Source of the DNA: Candidatus Muiribacteriota bacterium
Lineage (GTDB): Bacteria > Muiribacteriota > Muiribacteriia > Muiribacteriales > Muiribacteriaceae
Length of the DNA: 26,323 nt
Assembly: GCA_051747805.1 (NCBI GenBank)
Contig: JBNJGP010000038.1
Coordinates: 1 to 26,323, forward strand
Direction: 5' to 3'
The translations under genes and the position numbers were made by a program. The notes under the pieces are model-generated. The model saw nothing but the letters and a program-made list of their open reading frames with translations, was not told the origin of the DNA and did not search any database. Positions 24,284 to 26,323 of this stretch are shown in pieces. Position 1 is the stretch's first letter. Every line of letters begins with the position of its first letter.

Positions 24284-25969
24284 CTATTCAGCAAATCTGA
24301 ATTTAATCAAAGTATAAGTGGTTTTTTTATTAAATTCAATAGTAGTTGAATTATTTTTTTTCTTAATATTATGATCAGGAGTTTCAGGATAAAAAGAAAC
24401 ATCTTCAATATTTATTTCAGAAGGAATTGTAAGTTGCCAGGAATCGTCATCTAAACGGGAAGGGTTAACAATATGAACAGTGTGAATGTTTTTGCTGTGT
24501 TTATAAGAAAAAATTCTGCCATAATCCAGGTCTGTTGAGTAAAGTGGAGTGTAATTCTGCAGTTTTTCTTTAACAGGTGTAATATGAGCTTCCTTTTTAT
24601 TATAACAGTATTTGAAAATACTTTCCTCAAACTCAGACGTATCAATGATAATATCATATTTATCTTTATCAACACTTTCAATATTTTCATTAAAACAGAA
24701 ATCAAAATCTAAATTATTATCCAGCAGATAATAGGCAACAGCCCAGTATTGTTTAAAAAACCTATTTTTTAAAAAAGCATTTTCAGGGGCTGTTACAAGA
24801 ATATTATTATTAGTTTTCCTTTTTTGAAAAAATTCAATATTATCTTTTTTAAATTTCAGAAAATCTTTAATATTATCCTGACAGAAATTTCCATACTGTT
24901 TATACGCTACTCGATTTGAATAAGGGAAAACAAATTCTGCGCCAGAAGCAAATGCTTCAGAGGCAAAAATATTTAAAAATAAGTTTTTTTTGTTTTGAAA
25001 ATCCTTAAGTACCCTTTCGTACGGATAGGTATCAAGAAAAGTAAGTATTCTTTCCTCTGAAAGATGCTGTGCAACTTTAATAATAGGAATCCAGCTTGTA
25101 TATGGAGGACCAAAATATTCATCAGATGGTTCCCAAATCCACGGGGTTCTAAAGTCACCCGCAACATTTACATAATCATAAAACTTTACACCCGGTATAT
25201 ACTCGCCTGCCAGCGCCCAGGAGTTTCCAAAAAAATTAACATCAGGATAGTTTTTATTAAACCAGTTGGCAATATCCTGAATATTTGAAGTATCTCTTTG
25301 AATTTGATACAGCCAATAATCCTGACCAAGCGGGGAGTACATTTCACGGTCCCCTTCGTTAATATGCAGCATTCTTCGACTTCCAAGATAATGAAGATAA
25401 TTAAAATTTGGCGACCTGAGTTTATCTCTTTCTTTTAAATAATCATTAAAACCCTCTATACAAATATCACAGTAACATTGTCCGCGCCAATGCTCCTGGG
25501 CAGGTTGATCAAGCTCTAAAAAATCAAAATCAGCAGAAAGCACAAGGTCAAAAATTTCAACAAGTCGCTGACGCCATTCTGAACGGTTATAACAACCATG
25601 ATATGTTTTGTCATCTATGGCAATAAGGTCTCCCAGGGGATTTCTGACCCCAGCTTTTTCTTTAAATTCATCTGGTTCCTCGGAACTCATACTAATTCCA
25701 CCAATCATTGCAGAAACTTTTTTATCATGTTCTTTTAAAAATTTAATATGTTTAAGTGCATCTTCTTTAAAAGTTTCAGCATCCTCCATAGTATTACCCC
25801 AGACATTTAAAACCCTGAAGGCAACGTCAGCCTCCAGCTCTAGAAACTCTTCAGCATCTTTATTATAAAAATCATAAGCCGCCCAGGTTCTTGAATTTTG
25901 GATTTCGTAAGAATAAGTATAAATGGAAATAAAACAGATTAAAAATAATAAAATAAACTTTTTTTTCAT
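24284..25969 (-). CDS. Secreted glycoside-hydrolase-like protein (TIM barrel plus GATase-like and beta-sandwich domains, GH42-like layout)
   Basis: Start at MKKKFILL (GGGG SD) with a signal peptide. GCYNRSEWRQRL, DFLELDQP and CYCDIC motifs. Later YLLDNNLDFDF...KYDIIID segment. Family assignment is tentative. Confidence 0.6.
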   Translation of the reverse strand: MKKKFILLFLICFISIYTYSYEIQNSRTWAAYDFYNKDAEEFLELEADVAFRVLNVWGNTMEDAETFKEDALKHIKFLKEHDKKVSAMIGGISMSSEEPDEFKEKAGVRNPLGDLIAIDDKTYHGCYNRSEWRQRLVEIFDLVLSADFDFLELDQPAQEHWRGQCYCDICIEGFNDYLKERDKLRSPNFNYLHYLGSRRMLHINEGDREMYSPLGQDYWLYQIQRDTSNIQDIANWFNKNYPDVNFFGNSWALAGEYIPGVKFYDYVNVAGDFRTPWIWEPSDEYFGPPYTSWIPIIKVAQHLSEERILTFLDTYPYERVLKDFQNKKNLFLNIFASEAFASGAEFVFPYSNRVAYKQYGNFCQDNIKDFLKFKKDNIEFFQKRKTNNNILVTAPENAFLKNRFFKQYWAVAYYLLDNNLDFDFCFNENIESVDKDKYDIIIDTSEFEESIFKYCYNKKEAHITPVKEKLQNYTPLYSTDLDYGRIFSYKHSKNIHTVHIVNPSRLDDDSWQLTIPSEINIEDVSFYPETPDHNIKKKNNSTTIEFNKKTTYTLIKFRFAE

Positions 25970-26018
25970 AATAACCCCATTAAAAAACTGCAATTGATTT
26001 TTTAGATATATTGGTTTA

Positions 26019-26047
26019 ATTATAACATATTTAAGAAAAATACTCAA
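26019..26047 (-). promoter_or_regulatory. Putative sigma70 promoter for the GH-like/luxE/luxC block
   Basis: TTGAGT-N17-TATAAT with TG extension, about 50 nt upstream of ATG 25969. Confidence 0.65.
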
Positions 26048-26071
26048 AAAGCGGTAAGAAAAAGAGCGGTG

Positions 26072-26195
26072 AGGAGCCGAGAAGAGCCGTGAGAAGTGAG
26101 AGGTGAGAAGTAAGACGATAGAGGCAGATAGGAGCCGAGAAGAGCCGTGAGAAGTGAGAGGTGAGAAGTAAGACGATAGAGGCAGATAGGAGCCG
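26072..26195. repeat. Perfect 58-bp tandem duplication (about 2.1 copies) built from purine-rich heptamer modules
   Basis: Unit ggagccgagaagagccgtgagaagtgagaggtgagaagtaagacgatagaggcagata at 26073..26130 and 26131..26188. Confidence 0.92.
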
Positions 26196-26224
26196 TGAGA
26201 GGTGAAAGGTGCAGATAGGAGCTG

Positions 26225-26290
26225 GAGGTTAAAATTTATTACGAAACAAAATAAAGCGAGTGGTCAGGCCGACCTCTGTAAGCTTAAATT
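26225..26290. repeat. Right copy of the 66-bp repeat core, inverted relative to 1..66
   Basis: 64/66 identity to the reverse complement of 1..66. Contains the small palindrome GGTCaggccGACC. Confidence 0.92.
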
Positions 26291-26323
26291 CAGGCTCGGC
26301 ACAGACCCCGTTCTGTTTCTAAA

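Noticed and set aside
837..25868. Short antisense or alternate-frame ORFs in the track (e.g. 837..1181, 16363..16671, 20805..21164, 25608..25868)
   Set aside because: They lie within well-supported genes and have no recognisable motifs, so they are treated as shadow ORFs.
26072..26195. CRISPR array
   Set aside because: Head-to-tail identical 58-bp units with no unique spacers, and no cas genes.
1..26323. Composite transposon, prophage or linear replicon defined by the terminal inverted repeats
   Set aside because: No transposase, integrase, phage or replication genes. The cargo looks chromosomal (tex, arcA, PiT).

Overview
AT-rich bacterial window, probably a whole contig broken at a repeat, with 17 supportable CDS (16 on the minus strand). 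The Skp-like protein suggests a diderm organism. In transcription order (right to left) there are five blocks. (1) Secreted glycoside-hydrolase-like protein, LuxE acyl-protein synthetase, an ~830-aa LuxC acyl-reductase fused to a PaaK-like adenylation domain, DUF445 protein, secreted 270-aa protein, terminator. (2) MATE transporter, Tex, and a membrane-anchored 507-aa protein converging on the only plus-strand gene through a perfect 22-bp palindrome. (3) DUF4438 protein behind a long, potentially structured leader. (4) Enlarged Skp/OmpH-like chaperone and a giant 1845-aa acidic secreted protein, terminator. (5) Exported amidohydrolase, AI-2E transporter, arginine deiminase, DUF47, PiT phosphate transporter. 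Both window ends carry the same composite repeat in inverted orientation (66-bp core with 64/66 identity plus a variable heptamer array). No rRNA, tRNA, CRISPR array, transposase or integrase was seen. The best novelty candidates are the luciferase-free LuxE/LuxC-PaaK module, the giant protein/Skp pair and the terminal repeat element. All family calls come from motif recognition by eye, not database searches.
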